From assembly GCA_963783375.1 (NCBI GenBank), contig CAWANH010000028.1, forward strand, positions 1,280,001 to 1,344,000: a DNA stretch of 64,000 bases, written 5' to 3'. The position numbers were made by a program, and so were the translations under genes. Below, piece by piece: positions 7,992 to 17,674 of this stretch. A model generated the notes under the pieces. That model saw only the letters and a list, made by a program, of their open reading frames with translations, was not told where the DNA came from and made no database searches. Numbering within the stretch: position 1 is the first letter of the stretch; each line of letters opens with the position of its first letter. The DNA comes from Candidatus Eiseniibacteriota bacterium (GTDB lineage Bacteria > Eisenbacteria > RBG-16-71-46 > JABDJR01).

Positions 7992-8540
7992 CTACATGAA
8001 GACCCAGATCTGGGCCGCGCGGTCGCGGGCCACCCGCTCGGGCTCGAATTCGCCGCCCTCGGCGTACTTCGCCCCCAGGCCCTGGGTGGAGATCCGCTCC
8101 GCCGGAATCCCATGGCTCACCAGGTATTTCTTGGCCGCATCGGCCCGGGCCCGGGCGAGGCTCGCCGCGTTCCCCGCCTCGCCGCGGTTGTCGGTGAGGC
8201 CCACCGCGAGGACGTGCCAGCGGGTGTTCACCTTGAGCTCCCGGACCGCCTCGATGAGCGCTCCCTGGGCCTCCTGGTTCAGTGACGAGGATCCCTGGGG
8301 GAAGGTGACGGTCTTCAGAAGCTTCTGCACCTCGAGCCCGGAGGGGACCGCCGGAGCCTCGGAGTAGGTCCAGGTGGTGACCGGGGGGGGGATATCGGGT
8401 TTCGTGGGCCGGCCCCCGTAGATTTCCTGTCCCTGGCTCGTCATGGGCCGCGGTTCGTTCTTGGACTTGTAGAGATTGGCGCAGCCGCCGACCGACAGCG
8501 CGGTGATCGCCAGCCCGAGGCCGACCCGGACCGCCACCAC
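7992..8540 (-). CDS. OmpA-family peptidoglycan-binding lipoprotein (start uncertain)
   Basis: Lipobox-like SVGGC. OmpA C-domain: VTFPQGSSSL, VGLTDNRG, LARARADAAKKYL, GIPAERI. Confidence 0.8.
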   Translation of the reverse strand: MVAVRVGLGLAITALSVGGCANLYKSKNEPRPMTSQGQEIYGGRPTKPDIPPPVTTWTYSEAPAVPSGLEVQKLLKTVTFPQGSSSLNQEAQGALIEAVRELKVNTRWHVLAVGLTDNRGEAGNAASLARARADAAKKYLVSHGIPAERISTQGLGAKYAEGGEFEPERVARDRAAQIWVFM

Positions 8541-8552
8541 CGACCGCCTCGC

Positions 8553-8581
8553 TTGTCGCGGTGAGGCCTCGGCCGTAGAAT
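8553..8581 (+). promoter_or_regulatory. sigma70-type promoter upstream of the photolyase gene
   Basis: TTGTCG, 17-bp spacer, TAGAAT. Confidence 0.55.
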
Positions 8582-8619
8582 GGGGACTCTCTCCATCCCT
8601 CTTCCCGAATCGGACTCGC

Positions 8620-10053
8620 ATGATCGTTGATTCCAAGCGCATGGTTCCACTCCATTCCGGATCGATCCGTGGTGGACGCGACTTCGTACTCTATTGGATG
8701 CAAGTTCAACGCAGAGCCGAATCCAATGATGCCCTGAATTTCGCGGTCGAGCAAGCCGATGAGCTGGGGCTCCCGGTCCTGGTCTACGAGGGACTTCGCC
8801 ACGACTACCCCCATGCCTCCGACCGCATCCATAGCTTCGTGCTGGAGAATGCCCGCGGACTCCGTAAGCGCCTGCACGAAAAGGGGATGAGGCATGCGTT
8901 CTTCCTCGAGCGCAACCCCCGGGACCGGCGGAAGATCGTGAAAGGGCTTCTGGCCAGGGCCGCCCTGGTGGTGACCGACCACTACCCCGCCTTCATCGTC
9001 CCCGGGCAGAATCGCGCCCTGGCCCGTCTGGCCGAGGCGGCCGGGGTGCCCGCGGTGGCGGTGGATGCCTGCGGGGTGGTTCCCCTGGCCGAGTTTCCCA
9101 AGCGGGAGTACGCGGCCCGCACCCTCCGTCCCAAGCTCCAACGGCTCCTGCCGTTCTACCTGGTCCCGGTCGCCGATCCCCGGCCCCGCCGAAGCGGGCT
9201 CCGGATCGATCCGGGGTTCCGGGAGGAGGACTGGCGGGAATCGACCTCGGCGAAGGTGGCCTCGTGCGCGATCGACCATCGGGTCCCCCCGGTGAGCGCG
9301 CATGTTCCGGGTGGCCGCGCGGCCGCCCTCGCCCGCCTCGAAGCTTTCATCCACCGGGGACTCGACCGCTACGCCGACGCGTCCAACGACCCGGGCGTCG
9401 GCGCGACCTCGGGGCTCAGCCCCTACCTCCACTTCGGCATGATCTCGGCCCGGGAGGTGGCCCTCACCGTGCGGGCCGCCCGCCCCCGCGCCGACCGGAA
9501 CGTGGCCGCCTTCCTGGAGCAGCTCATCGTCCGCCGGGAGCTGGCGTTCAATTTCTGCGCCCGCGAGCCCCGCCACAACTCCCTCCGCGCGATTCCCGAC
9601 TGGGCGCGGCGCACCCTGGCCGAACACGACGGGGACGAGCGCGAGTTCCGCTACCGGCGGGCGGAGTTCGAGGCGGCGCGGACCCACGACGAGCTCTGGA
9701 ACGCCGGCCAGGACGAGATCCGGCTGACCGGGGTCATGCACAACTACGTGCGGATGCTCTGGGGGAAGAAGATCCTGGAGTGGTCGAAGAGCCACGCCGA
9801 GGCGCTCCGCATCATGACCCACCTCAACGACAAGTACGGCCTGGACGGGCGGGACCCCAACTCCTACACCGGTTTTCTCTGGTGCTTCGGGCTCCACGAC
9901 CGGGCCTGGGGGGAGAGGCCGGTCTACGGCAAGATCCGGAGCATGTCGTCGGCCTCCACCCGTCGGAAGGTGGACGCCGACGCCTACATTGCTAGAATCC
10001 GGTCGCTGGGGGCGAAACCGGCCCTCATGAACGCGAACCGGATCGAAGGATGA
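8620..10053 (+). CDS. phr: Deoxyribodipyrimidine photolyase, class II-like
   Basis: VLYWMQ..RAESNDAL, SGLSPYLHFG, THDELWNA.Q, MHNYVRMLWGKKILEW, LNDKYGLDGRDPNSY, HDRAWGERPVYGKIR. Confidence 0.92.
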   Translation: MIVDSKRMVPLHSGSIRGGRDFVLYWMQVQRRAESNDALNFAVEQADELGLPVLVYEGLRHDYPHASDRIHSFVLENARGLRKRLHEKGMRHAFFLERNPRDRRKIVKGLLARAALVVTDHYPAFIVPGQNRALARLAEAAGVPAVAVDACGVVPLAEFPKREYAARTLRPKLQRLLPFYLVPVADPRPRRSGLRIDPGFREEDWRESTSAKVASCAIDHRVPPVSAHVPGGRAAALARLEAFIHRGLDRYADASNDPGVGATSGLSPYLHFGMISAREVALTVRAARPRADRNVAAFLEQLIVRRELAFNFCAREPRHNSLRAIPDWARRTLAEHDGDEREFRYRRAEFEAARTHDELWNAGQDEIRLTGVMHNYVRMLWGKKILEWSKSHAEALRIMTHLNDKYGLDGRDPNSYTGFLWCFGLHDRAWGERPVYGKIRSMSSASTRRKVDADAYIARIRSLGAKPALMNANRIEG

Positions 10054-10057
10054 CGAC

Positions 10058-11044
10058 ATGGACAAGATAATCCTGGACTGGGACACCATCCGCGGCCTGC
10101 TCCTGACCCACGGCCTGCGGATTCTTCTCATCTTCATCGCCTCCTTCGTGGCCTACCGGGTGGTGAAGTTCATCGTGCGCCGGGTGGAGCGGTCGGTGGA
10201 GGACGACGACCCCGATACCAAGAGCGAGGTGGAGAAGCGCGCGGAAACCCTGGGGCGGATCGTGAACCAGGTGTCGATGGTGGTCATCGCGCTCACCGCC
10301 GGGATGCTGCTCATGAAGGAGCTGGGGTTCGAGATCGGCCCCATCATCGCGGGGGCGGGGATCGCCGGGCTGGCCATCGGCTTCGGGGCCCAGAACCTGG
10401 TCCGGGATCTCATCACCGGCTTCTTCATCCTCTTCGAGAACCAGTTCCGGGTGGGGGACGTGGTCGAGGTGGCGGGGAAGGGGGGGCTGGTGGAGGCGAT
10501 CAACCTCCGGACCACCGTGCTCCGGGACCTCGAGGGGAACGTGCACGTCATCCCCAACGGGGCGATCGAGACCGTCACCAACCGCACCCGGGAGTGGTCC
10601 CGGATCATGCTCGACGTGGGGGTGGCCTACAAGGAGAGCGTGGACCGGGTGATGGAGGTTCTGGCCGAGATCGGGAAGACCATGGAGGAGGATCCCGAGT
10701 TCGGCCCCAAGATCATGGAGCCCCTGAGCATCCTCGGGGTGAACGAGTTCGCGGACTCCGCGGTCAACGTCCGGGTCGTGTTCAAGACGCGGCCGCTCAT
10801 GCAGTGGGCGGTGGGCCGCGAGTTCCGGCGCCGCATCAAGAACCGGTTCGATGAGGAAGGGATCGAGATCCCCTTTCCCCATCGCACCATTTACATCGGG
10901 GAGGGGGTCCAGGGGACCCTTCCCCACCGGACCGAGGCCGCCCCGCCCGACCCCGAGCGAGGCGGACGGCCGGGCCGGGACCTCACCGACACCGGACCCC
11001 AGATGGGGCCGGGAGAGACCGTCGAGGAGGCGCACGACCGGTGA
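10058..11044 (+). CDS. Small-conductance mechanosensitive channel (MscS/YbiO family)
   Basis: GIAGLAIGFGAQNLVRDLITGFFILFENQFRVGD, G.VE.INLRTT.LRD, IPNG, GIEIPFP. Confidence 0.93.
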   Translation: MDKIILDWDTIRGLLLTHGLRILLIFIASFVAYRVVKFIVRRVERSVEDDDPDTKSEVEKRAETLGRIVNQVSMVVIALTAGMLLMKELGFEIGPIIAGAGIAGLAIGFGAQNLVRDLITGFFILFENQFRVGDVVEVAGKGGLVEAINLRTTVLRDLEGNVHVIPNGAIETVTNRTREWSRIMLDVGVAYKESVDRVMEVLAEIGKTMEEDPEFGPKIMEPLSILGVNEFADSAVNVRVVFKTRPLMQWAVGREFRRRIKNRFDEEGIEIPFPHRTIYIGEGVQGTLPHRTEAAPPDPERGGRPGRDLTDTGPQMGPGETVEEAHDR

Positions 11045-13161
11045 AGATCTGCGAGGCCCCGGACCGGATCCGGGACGTGGTGCTGAACGGGCTGAGCCTG
11101 AGCCTGGAAGAGATCGTGGCGGTGGCGCGATACCGCGCCCGGGTCAGCCTGGACCCCGCCGCGGCGCGCCGGGTGGGGTTCTCCAGGGCGGTGGTGGAAC
11201 GGCTGGTGGCCGACCGGGCCAAGGTGTACGGGCTCACCACCGGATTCGGATCCAAGCGGGACATCCTGATCGATCCCGAGGAGTTGGGCCAGCTTCAGGA
11301 GAACCTGATCCGGAGCCACGCCTGCGGGGTGGGGGATCCGCTCCGCGAGGACGAGGCGCGGGCGGCCATGCTGCTTCGTGCCAACACCCTGGCCCGGGGA
11401 AATTCCGGGGTGCGCCCGGTGGTGATCGAGGCGCTGCTCGAGTTCCTGAACCGGGACGTCTTTCCCTGGATCCCCTCCAAGGGATCCCTGGGGGCGAGCG
11501 GCGACCTCGCCCCGCTGAGCCATCTCGCGCTGTCCTTGTGCAACGACCCCGAGGCCCGGTTCTACCGCCCCGATCCCGATGAGCCCGCCCCCGACGGTCC
11601 CCGGTCCGAGGGCGGCCGCGCGCCGGACTATGTGGCGAAGCCGACGGCCTGGCGCTTCGGGGCCGCCCCCGAAGGGCTCTTCGGCGGGCGGGACGGGCTC
11701 TCCCCCCTGGTGCTTCGGGCCAAGGAGGGGTTGGCGCTCAACAACGGAACCCAGGTGAGCGTGGCCATCGGAATCCTCACCCTGTTCGACGCCATCGTGC
11801 TGTTGGAGAGCGGGGAGCTGGCCTGCGCCCTGAGCCTCGAGGCCACCAAGGGGGTGCGCGACGCCTTCGACCCCCGTCTTCACGCCGCCCGTCCCCTCGA
11901 GGGCCAGCCCCAGACCGCAGCCAACATCCGCGCCTTCACCGAGGATAGCCAGATCCTCACCGTGCCTCTCAACACCGCCCGGCTCCACCGGGCCCGCTGG
12001 GCGCTGGCCGCGGCGGCGGAGATCCTGGAGGACCGGGAGGGAACGGGGCGAAAGGACCTCGTCGAGCGGGCGCGCGAGCTGGGGGACCGGCTGGTGGCGC
12101 TGGAGGACGACTCCCCCCATCTCCTGGAGCGGGAACGGGCCGCGCTCTCCGCCGCCGAGCGGGATCGCCTCCCCGAGCGTGCGGTGAACCAGCGCATCTA
12201 CCGTGAGGCCCTGGGGCCGATCCGAAGCGAGGTCCTGGCCCTCTATGCCTCGCTCCTGGAGGCGCCCCTGGCCGGGGAGTCGGTCAAGGGACGGGACTTC
12301 CTGGCCGACGCGGTCTCCCAGCTCCAGCTCGCCCTCCCCGAGATGCCCTCGGTCCAGGACGACTACTCATTCCGCTGCACCCCCCAGGTGATCGGGACCA
12401 CCCGCAAGGTGGTGGAGGACGTCCGTCGCACCCTGGTCATCGAAGCCAACAGCGCCACCGACAACCCCCTCATATTCCCTCCCCGGGGGGATGCCTTCGA
12501 GGGCACGGTGGAGGCCTACGCCGCCTCGCTCACCGTGAAGGAATGCCTGGAATCGGTGGTGAGCGGCGGGAACTTCCACGGCGAGCCGATCGCCGTCGCC
12601 CTCGACACCCTCGCGATCGCCCTGGCCGAGCTGGGAAGCATCTCCGAACGTCGCACCGCCCACCTGGTGGACGGGAATCTTTCGAACGGTCTTCCCTCGC
12701 TCCTGGTGGAGCGGAGCGGGCTCAACAACGGCCTCATGATTCCCCAGTACGTGGCCGCCGCCCTGGTGAGCGAGAACAAGGTGCTGGCCCACCCGGCCTC
12801 GGTGGATTCCATCCCCACCTGCGAGAACACCGAGGACCACGTGAGCATGAGTCCCCTGGCCGCGCTCAAGTGCCGTCAGATCCTGGAGAACGTGGAAATC
12901 GTGGTGGCCATCGAGCTCCTGACCGCCTGGCAGGGGGTGTATTTCCGCCGGCCCTTCCGTTGCGGGCGCGCCACCGAGCGGCTCTGGGAGGCGATGGAGG
13001 AGGCGGGGCTCCGGCCGGTGCGCACCGACCGGGTGCTGTACCGGGACATCGACTGGTCGCGGAGCTTCCTGAAGCGGGGCGGAGCGTGGCATCTGGCGCG
13101 CGCGTACGGCGCGGTGGGGGCCGTGGAGACGGGCGCGGATCGGCCTGCCGGGGGCGGATGA
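11041..13161 (+). CDS. hutH: Histidine ammonia-lyase (MIO aromatic amino-acid lyase family) with large insertions
   Basis: VYGLTTGFG, LIRSHACG (Ser-His pair typical of histidases), GASGDLAPL MIO motif, KEGLALNNGT, QDDYSFRC, GGNFHG, EDHVSM. Confidence 0.85.
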   Translation: MKICEAPDRIRDVVLNGLSLSLEEIVAVARYRARVSLDPAAARRVGFSRAVVERLVADRAKVYGLTTGFGSKRDILIDPEELGQLQENLIRSHACGVGDPLREDEARAAMLLRANTLARGNSGVRPVVIEALLEFLNRDVFPWIPSKGSLGASGDLAPLSHLALSLCNDPEARFYRPDPDEPAPDGPRSEGGRAPDYVAKPTAWRFGAAPEGLFGGRDGLSPLVLRAKEGLALNNGTQVSVAIGILTLFDAIVLLESGELACALSLEATKGVRDAFDPRLHAARPLEGQPQTAANIRAFTEDSQILTVPLNTARLHRARWALAAAAEILEDREGTGRKDLVERARELGDRLVALEDDSPHLLERERAALSAAERDRLPERAVNQRIYREALGPIRSEVLALYASLLEAPLAGESVKGRDFLADAVSQLQLALPEMPSVQDDYSFRCTPQVIGTTRKVVEDVRRTLVIEANSATDNPLIFPPRGDAFEGTVEAYAASLTVKECLESVVSGGNFHGEPIAVALDTLAIALAELGSISERRTAHLVDGNLSNGLPSLLVERSGLNNGLMIPQYVAAALVSENKVLAHPASVDSIPTCENTEDHVSMSPLAALKCRQILENVEIVVAIELLTAWQGVYFRRPFRCGRATERLWEAMEEAGLRPVRTDRVLYRDIDWSRSFLKRGGAWHLARAYGAVGAVETGADRPAGGG

Positions 13162-13264
13162 GCGAATCCGGGGCCCCGTGGTAGACTTGCCGGCCGACGC
13201 CCCTCGCGCCGGGAAATCCGCGGCCGGCGGGACCTCTCCCCACGGCCGGATCAGAGGAGTCAGC

Positions 13265-14590
13265 ATGTTCGCCGAACGCCGCCGACGATTCATGGATCGG
13301 ATGGGAAGCGGGGTGGCCCTGTTCTTCGCCGCTCCCGAAAAGACCCGCTCCAACGACACCAGCTACAAGTTTCGCCAGGACAGCTACTTTCACTACCTGA
13401 CCGGTTTCAACGAACCCGAAGCCGTCCTGGTCCTTCTTCCCGGGCATCCCGAGCACGAGACGGTCATGTTCGTCAGGCCCCGGGACAAGGAAAAGGAGAC
13501 CTGGAACGGCCGCCGGGCCGGACCCGAGGGGGCCAAGGAGCGCTTCGGCGTCGCCGAGGCTCACACCGTGGACCGGCTCCCCGAACTGCTCCCGGGGTAT
13601 CTCGGAAACGCCGGGTCCCTCTATCACGCCCTCGACCGGTATCCGGAGCGGGACCGCCAGGTCATGGTCGCCCTCGACGCGCTCCGGGGGAAGCTCCGGC
13701 AGGGGATCAAGGCTCCGGCCTCCATCATCGACCCCGCCTCGATCCTCAACGAGATGCGGCTCATGAAGACCCCCGAGGAACTCGAGCGGATGCGGCGGGC
13801 CGCGGTCATCTCGCGGGAAGCCCATCGCGAGGCCATGCGGAGCGCGCGGCCGGGGATGATGGAGTACGAGGTGGAGGCGATCGTCGAGTACGTGTTCCGC
13901 CGGCACGGGGCCGCCGCCCCCGGCTACGGCACCATCGTGGGCAGCGGGATGAACGCCACCATCCTCCACTACGTGGAGAACGAGGCGAAGATGAAGGACG
14001 GCGATCTCCTCCTGATCGACGCCGGAGCGGAGGTCGAGGGATACACCGCGGATATCACCCGCACCTTCCCGGTGAACGGCACGTTCTCCCCGGCCCAGCG
14101 CGAGATCTACGAGATCGTGCTCGACGCCCAGGTGAAGGGCATCGAAGCGACCCGGGTGGGGAACGATTTCGACACCGTCCATCAGGCCTCGCTGCGCGCC
14201 CTGGTGGAGGGGTTGATCCGGGTCGGGGTGGTCCAGGGCACCGCGGACGAGGTGATCGAGAAGGAAACCTACAAGCCCTACTACATGCACCGGACCAGCC
14301 ACTGGCTGGGTCTCGACGTGCACGACGTGGGGGACTACCGGAACGGCAAGGACTGGCGGACGCTGGAGCCGGGGATGGTGCTCACGGTGGAGCCGGGACT
14401 CTACTTCGGCGAGTTCCTGGAGACGGTGCCGGATCGCTATCGGGGGATCGGGGTGCGGATCGAGGACGACGTGCTGGTCACCGAGGGGGGGCCGGAGGTC
14501 CTGACCGCGGGAACGCCCAGAACGGTGGCGGAAGTGGAAGCGACCATGGCCGAGTCGCCGCGCGAGGTGGCCGAACGACCGGGGGTTTGA
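13265..14590 (+). CDS. pepP: Xaa-Pro aminopeptidase (peptidase M24B)
   Basis: FRQDSYFHYLTGF, LHY, LIDAG.E..GY.ADITRTFP, HRTSHWLGLDVHD, TVEPGLY, GVRIEDDV. GAGGAG RBS. Confidence 0.93.
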   Translation: MFAERRRRFMDRMGSGVALFFAAPEKTRSNDTSYKFRQDSYFHYLTGFNEPEAVLVLLPGHPEHETVMFVRPRDKEKETWNGRRAGPEGAKERFGVAEAHTVDRLPELLPGYLGNAGSLYHALDRYPERDRQVMVALDALRGKLRQGIKAPASIIDPASILNEMRLMKTPEELERMRRAAVISREAHREAMRSARPGMMEYEVEAIVEYVFRRHGAAAPGYGTIVGSGMNATILHYVENEAKMKDGDLLLIDAGAEVEGYTADITRTFPVNGTFSPAQREIYEIVLDAQVKGIEATRVGNDFDTVHQASLRALVEGLIRVGVVQGTADEVIEKETYKPYYMHRTSHWLGLDVHDVGDYRNGKDWRTLEPGMVLTVEPGLYFGEFLETVPDRYRGIGVRIEDDVLVTEGGPEVLTAGTPRTVAEVEATMAESPREVAERPGV

Positions 14591-14622
14591 CGCTCCGGGG
14601 AACAACCGGGAAAGGATCGAAC

Positions 14623-15069
14623 ATGCTGAGACCGTGGACGGCTTTGATGGTGGCGGGGACGGCCGCATTGCTGCTGGGGGGCTGCGGCCGGGGGCAGCAG
14701 GCCGCCGACGACGGCGATCGGGCCGCGGTGACCGACCAGGCCGCGGCGGGCGACGAGGCTTCGGCCGCCGCGGAGAACGCGACCCCCGACGCCGGGGGCC
14801 GGATGGTCAAAGTCCCGGAAGGGACGGAACTCGCCGCGACGACCCTGGAGGGGACGATCGGCTGCGGGCACTGCACCTATCACCTGACCCCCGAGTGCGC
14901 CCTGGCCATGAAGACCGCGGACGGCGTGGTCTACGTGATCGAGAACGATCCCGAGCACGAGGCCCACATGGGTGAGCGGTTTTCGGGAAAGCCGATCAGC
15001 GTGACCGGAAGGGTGGGCGAGAAGGACAGCATGAACGTCATCTACGCCGAAAAGGTCGACCTCCGCTGA
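14623..15069 (+). CDS. Lipoprotein of unknown function with a CxxC-x7-C motif (possibly DUF6370-like)
   Basis: Lipobox LLGGC, low-complexity linker, then CGHCTYHLTPEC and an OB-like beta-rich tail. Confidence 0.7.
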   Translation: MLRPWTALMVAGTAALLLGGCGRGQQAADDGDRAAVTDQAAAGDEASAAAENATPDAGGRMVKVPEGTELAATTLEGTIGCGHCTYHLTPECALAMKTADGVVYVIENDPEHEAHMGERFSGKPISVTGRVGEKDSMNVIYAEKVDLR

Positions 15070-15089
15070 CACGCGGAGTATGGACCGCG

Positions 15090-15131
15090 CGACGCCCCCG
15101 CCCGGAACGATCCGCGGGGGCGTCGTCTTTT
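15090..15131 (+). terminator. Rho-independent terminator
   Basis: CGACGCCCCCGC / GCGGGGGCGTCG 12-bp stem followed by TCTTTT, just after the 15069 stop. Confidence 0.7.
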
Positions 15132-15153
15132 GGGGCACCAGGGGGAGAGAGCG

Positions 15154-16194
15154 ATGGCGGGCAAGACCTACAAGGTGATGGTGGTGGGGACCGGGTTCGG
15201 ACGGCGGGTGCAGATGCCGGTGTTCCGGGACCATCCCCGTTTCGAGGTCGCGGCGGTGGCGAGCGGCCACGCCGAGAGCGCCCGGGAAGCCGCCCGGGAG
15301 TTCGGGATCTCCCACCACGGGGACGATTGGCGGAAGCTCCTGGAGTCGACCCCGGTGGACGCGGTGAGCGTGACCAGCCCGGTGGTCTTCCACCGGGAGC
15401 AGGCGGTGGGAGCGCTCCGGGCGGGCAAGCACCTGCTCCTGGAGAAGCCGGTGGCCCGGGACGCCGCCGAGGCCGAGGCGATCCTCGGCGCCGGGATGGA
15501 GAGCGGGAGGGAGGCGGCGGTGAACCACGAGTTCCGATACCGCCCCGACGTCCTGACCCTGAAGCGCATGATCGCCGACGGCCGGTTGGGTGAGCTTCGG
15601 GGCATCGAGTTCCGGGACGTCTTTTCGGCATGGGCCGACCCCGCGCGCGCCACCCACGGTTGGTTGAGCCTGGCCGAGATGGGGGGCGGGATGCTGGGCG
15701 CCATCGGATCCCACAACGTGGACATGATGCGATTCCTCACCGGACGCAAGGTGACCGCGGTCTGCGGCTCGACGTGGACGGCGGTGAAGCGCCGGGCGGC
15801 CGCCGGGGGCGCCGTGCGCGAGGTGACCGCGGACGACGCCTCGATCGCGGTTCTCGACCTGGGGGACGGCGTGATCGCGCGCATGGACATCCGGGCCTCG
15901 GTGTGGTGGAACGAGCACAGCATCCGCGCATTCGGATCCCGCGCCACCGCCACCCTGGACGGGAGCTGGAGAATCCATTTCCGGCGCCCCGACGGCGCCG
16001 AGGAGACGGTCGATGCCGATCCGGACCTCGGATGGACTTCGGAGGACCAGGACATCCGGAGGCCGCTCTTCCGACGCCTCCTCGACCGCTTCGCCCGGCG
16101 ACTGGACGGGGAGGCGGTTGACGATCTCGCCACCCTCGAAGAAGGGACGGAGGTGATGCGGGTGCTGGACGCGGTGCGAAGGGGGGGGCGGTGA
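15154..16194 (+). CDS. Gfo/Idh/MocA-family oxidoreductase
   Basis: VVGTGFG, AGKHLLLEKPVA, NHEFRY, GGGMLGAIGSH. Confidence 0.9.
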   Translation: MAGKTYKVMVVGTGFGRRVQMPVFRDHPRFEVAAVASGHAESAREAAREFGISHHGDDWRKLLESTPVDAVSVTSPVVFHREQAVGALRAGKHLLLEKPVARDAAEAEAILGAGMESGREAAVNHEFRYRPDVLTLKRMIADGRLGELRGIEFRDVFSAWADPARATHGWLSLAEMGGGMLGAIGSHNVDMMRFLTGRKVTAVCGSTWTAVKRRAAAGGAVREVTADDASIAVLDLGDGVIARMDIRASVWWNEHSIRAFGSRATATLDGSWRIHFRRPDGAEETVDADPDLGWTSEDQDIRRPLFRRLLDRFARRLDGEAVDDLATLEEGTEVMRVLDAVRRGGR

Positions 16195-16829
16195 GACGCG
16201 GCGGGTGGGGGCCGGCGGGGTCGCGGGCGGCCTCCCACGGTTTCGCGATCGCCCTGGCGGTGGTCGTGGCCGCCATGACCGCGGTCCCCTCGGCCCGGGC
16301 TCAAAGCGTCCAGGACCTGGTCCGGCAGGCGGCCCCCGAGGACAGCATCTCCCCCGGTCCGCCCCCCTCCCCGTGGACGGTGGTGGCGGGTGAAGTGGGG
16401 TTGGGCTCGACCCTGGCCGCTGCGGCCGGCTACGGGGTGGGGCTCCTGTCCGAGATCTTCTGCAACACCTGCGATGCCTCCAGGCCGGGAGGGGACACCC
16501 CGGGCATCCTGGTGGGCCTCCCCGCGGGAGCGATCGCCGGGGTGTGGCTGATCGGCCGCACCGATCCTCCCCTGGGAAAAGCCGGTGACACCGTCCTGGC
16601 CGCCTTCGCGGGCGCGGCGGTCTTCGGCGGATTCACCAAGATCCTCGAGGAACAGAGCGACGGCGTGCGGTGGGCGGCGGTGGTCTTCCCCGGCGCGCTG
16701 GCCGCGATGGGGTGGAACCGAAGCCGCGCCCTGGTGGAGCCGTCGGTGACCCTGCGGCGCGACCCACCCTCCCGGTGGGGAACGGGCGAACTCCACGCGG
16801 AGCTTCAGGTAGTCCGTCTACGTTTCTAA
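16191..16829 (+). CDS. Hypothetical membrane or secreted protein
   Basis: GTGA overlap with the upstream stop, signal peptide ending ARA-Q, several Gly/Ala-rich hydrophobic segments, ends VRLRF. Confidence 0.6.
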   Translation: MRRGGWGPAGSRAASHGFAIALAVVVAAMTAVPSARAQSVQDLVRQAAPEDSISPGPPPSPWTVVAGEVGLGSTLAAAAGYGVGLLSEIFCNTCDASRPGGDTPGILVGLPAGAIAGVWLIGRTDPPLGKAGDTVLAAFAGAAVFGGFTKILEEQSDGVRWAAVVFPGALAAMGWNRSRALVEPSVTLRRDPPSRWGTGELHAELQVVRLRF

Positions 16830-16857
16830 CCCGGGACACCGGGCCTACGGTCGCGGT

Positions 16858-17535
16858 CTACTTGATGGGCGTGAACCGTTTCTTGAGGTTCAGGAGGTTC
16901 TGGTCGGGGTCCCACGGATCGTAGCCTTCCCCCCCGCCGAAGTCGAGCCAGCCCAGGTTTTCGGGCTTGATGTCGTCGACCTTCTGGGCGGAGTTGATCG
17001 AGTTGATCCCGCAGGCGACGGTCCGGGCCAACCCGTCCACCGGCCGGGGGATGAGCTTCAGCCGGTCGGGGGAGTGGGCGTTGAGGGTGAAGTAGCCGAC
17101 GACGAGGGGAGTGACGTGCTGGCAGTAGTCCCACTGGCTCCAGGTGAGGAGGTTCCCGCTGTTGGCGCCCGGCCACTCGTCCATGGGCCACTCGAGGAGA
17201 ACGCAGTGCTGCCACGCGTCGATGTCCACCCCGGCGTCCAACGTGTCGTTGTAGGAGATGCCGAACTGCACCCCGGCCATCCCGATCGTGGTGTCGTAGT
17301 CCGCGAGGATGACGTAGGCGTAGTAATCCTGGTCGAGATCCCCTTTGGTGAGCACGTCCTTGAAGGTGGATACCTTGTGGCTCACGCAGGTGACGCGCTT
17401 CACGTTGTCGACGGGGACCAGGTGCATGATCAGCTTGACGTTCGGGTTATCGGAGGCGCGGCTGGGGACGGAAAGGACCGAGGCGGCGGCGAGGACGCTC
17501 AGGACGAGCAAGAAACCCCTTGTGAGTCTGGACAT
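16858..17535 (-). CDS. Secreted hypothetical protein, Trp/Cys-rich beta domain
   Basis: Signal peptide MSRLTRGFLLVLSVLAAASVLSVPSRA, GGGAGG RBS, strong GC3 codon pattern. Confidence 0.8.
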   Translation of the reverse strand: MSRLTRGFLLVLSVLAAASVLSVPSRASDNPNVKLIMHLVPVDNVKRVTCVSHKVSTFKDVLTKGDLDQDYYAYVILADYDTTIGMAGVQFGISYNDTLDAGVDIDAWQHCVLLEWPMDEWPGANSGNLLTWSQWDYCQHVTPLVVGYFTLNAHSPDRLKLIPRPVDGLARTVACGINSINSAQKVDDIKPENLGWLDFGGGEGYDPWDPDQNLLNLKKRFTPIK

Positions 17536-17674
17536 CCGAAAGACCTCCCGGGACGTGGCCCCAACCCCGTACATTTCCTTTGAGATAACAGGGGATAAGA
17601 GTATAGGGTTCCGTTGATTTTGGGTCAACAAAGCCCGGCCTCCGCCGGGAGGCACGAGAGGAGTTCCGGCCAGG

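Noticed and set aside
11953-12355. Intein in hutH
   Set aside because: No N-terminal Cys/Ser block and no C-terminal His-Asn followed by Cys/Ser/Thr.
17613-17629. FNR/CRP-like site GTTGATTTTGGGTCAAC in a divergent promoter region
   Set aside because: The half-site spacing is one base longer than TTGAT-N4-ATCAA and it is a single instance, so it cannot be assigned.
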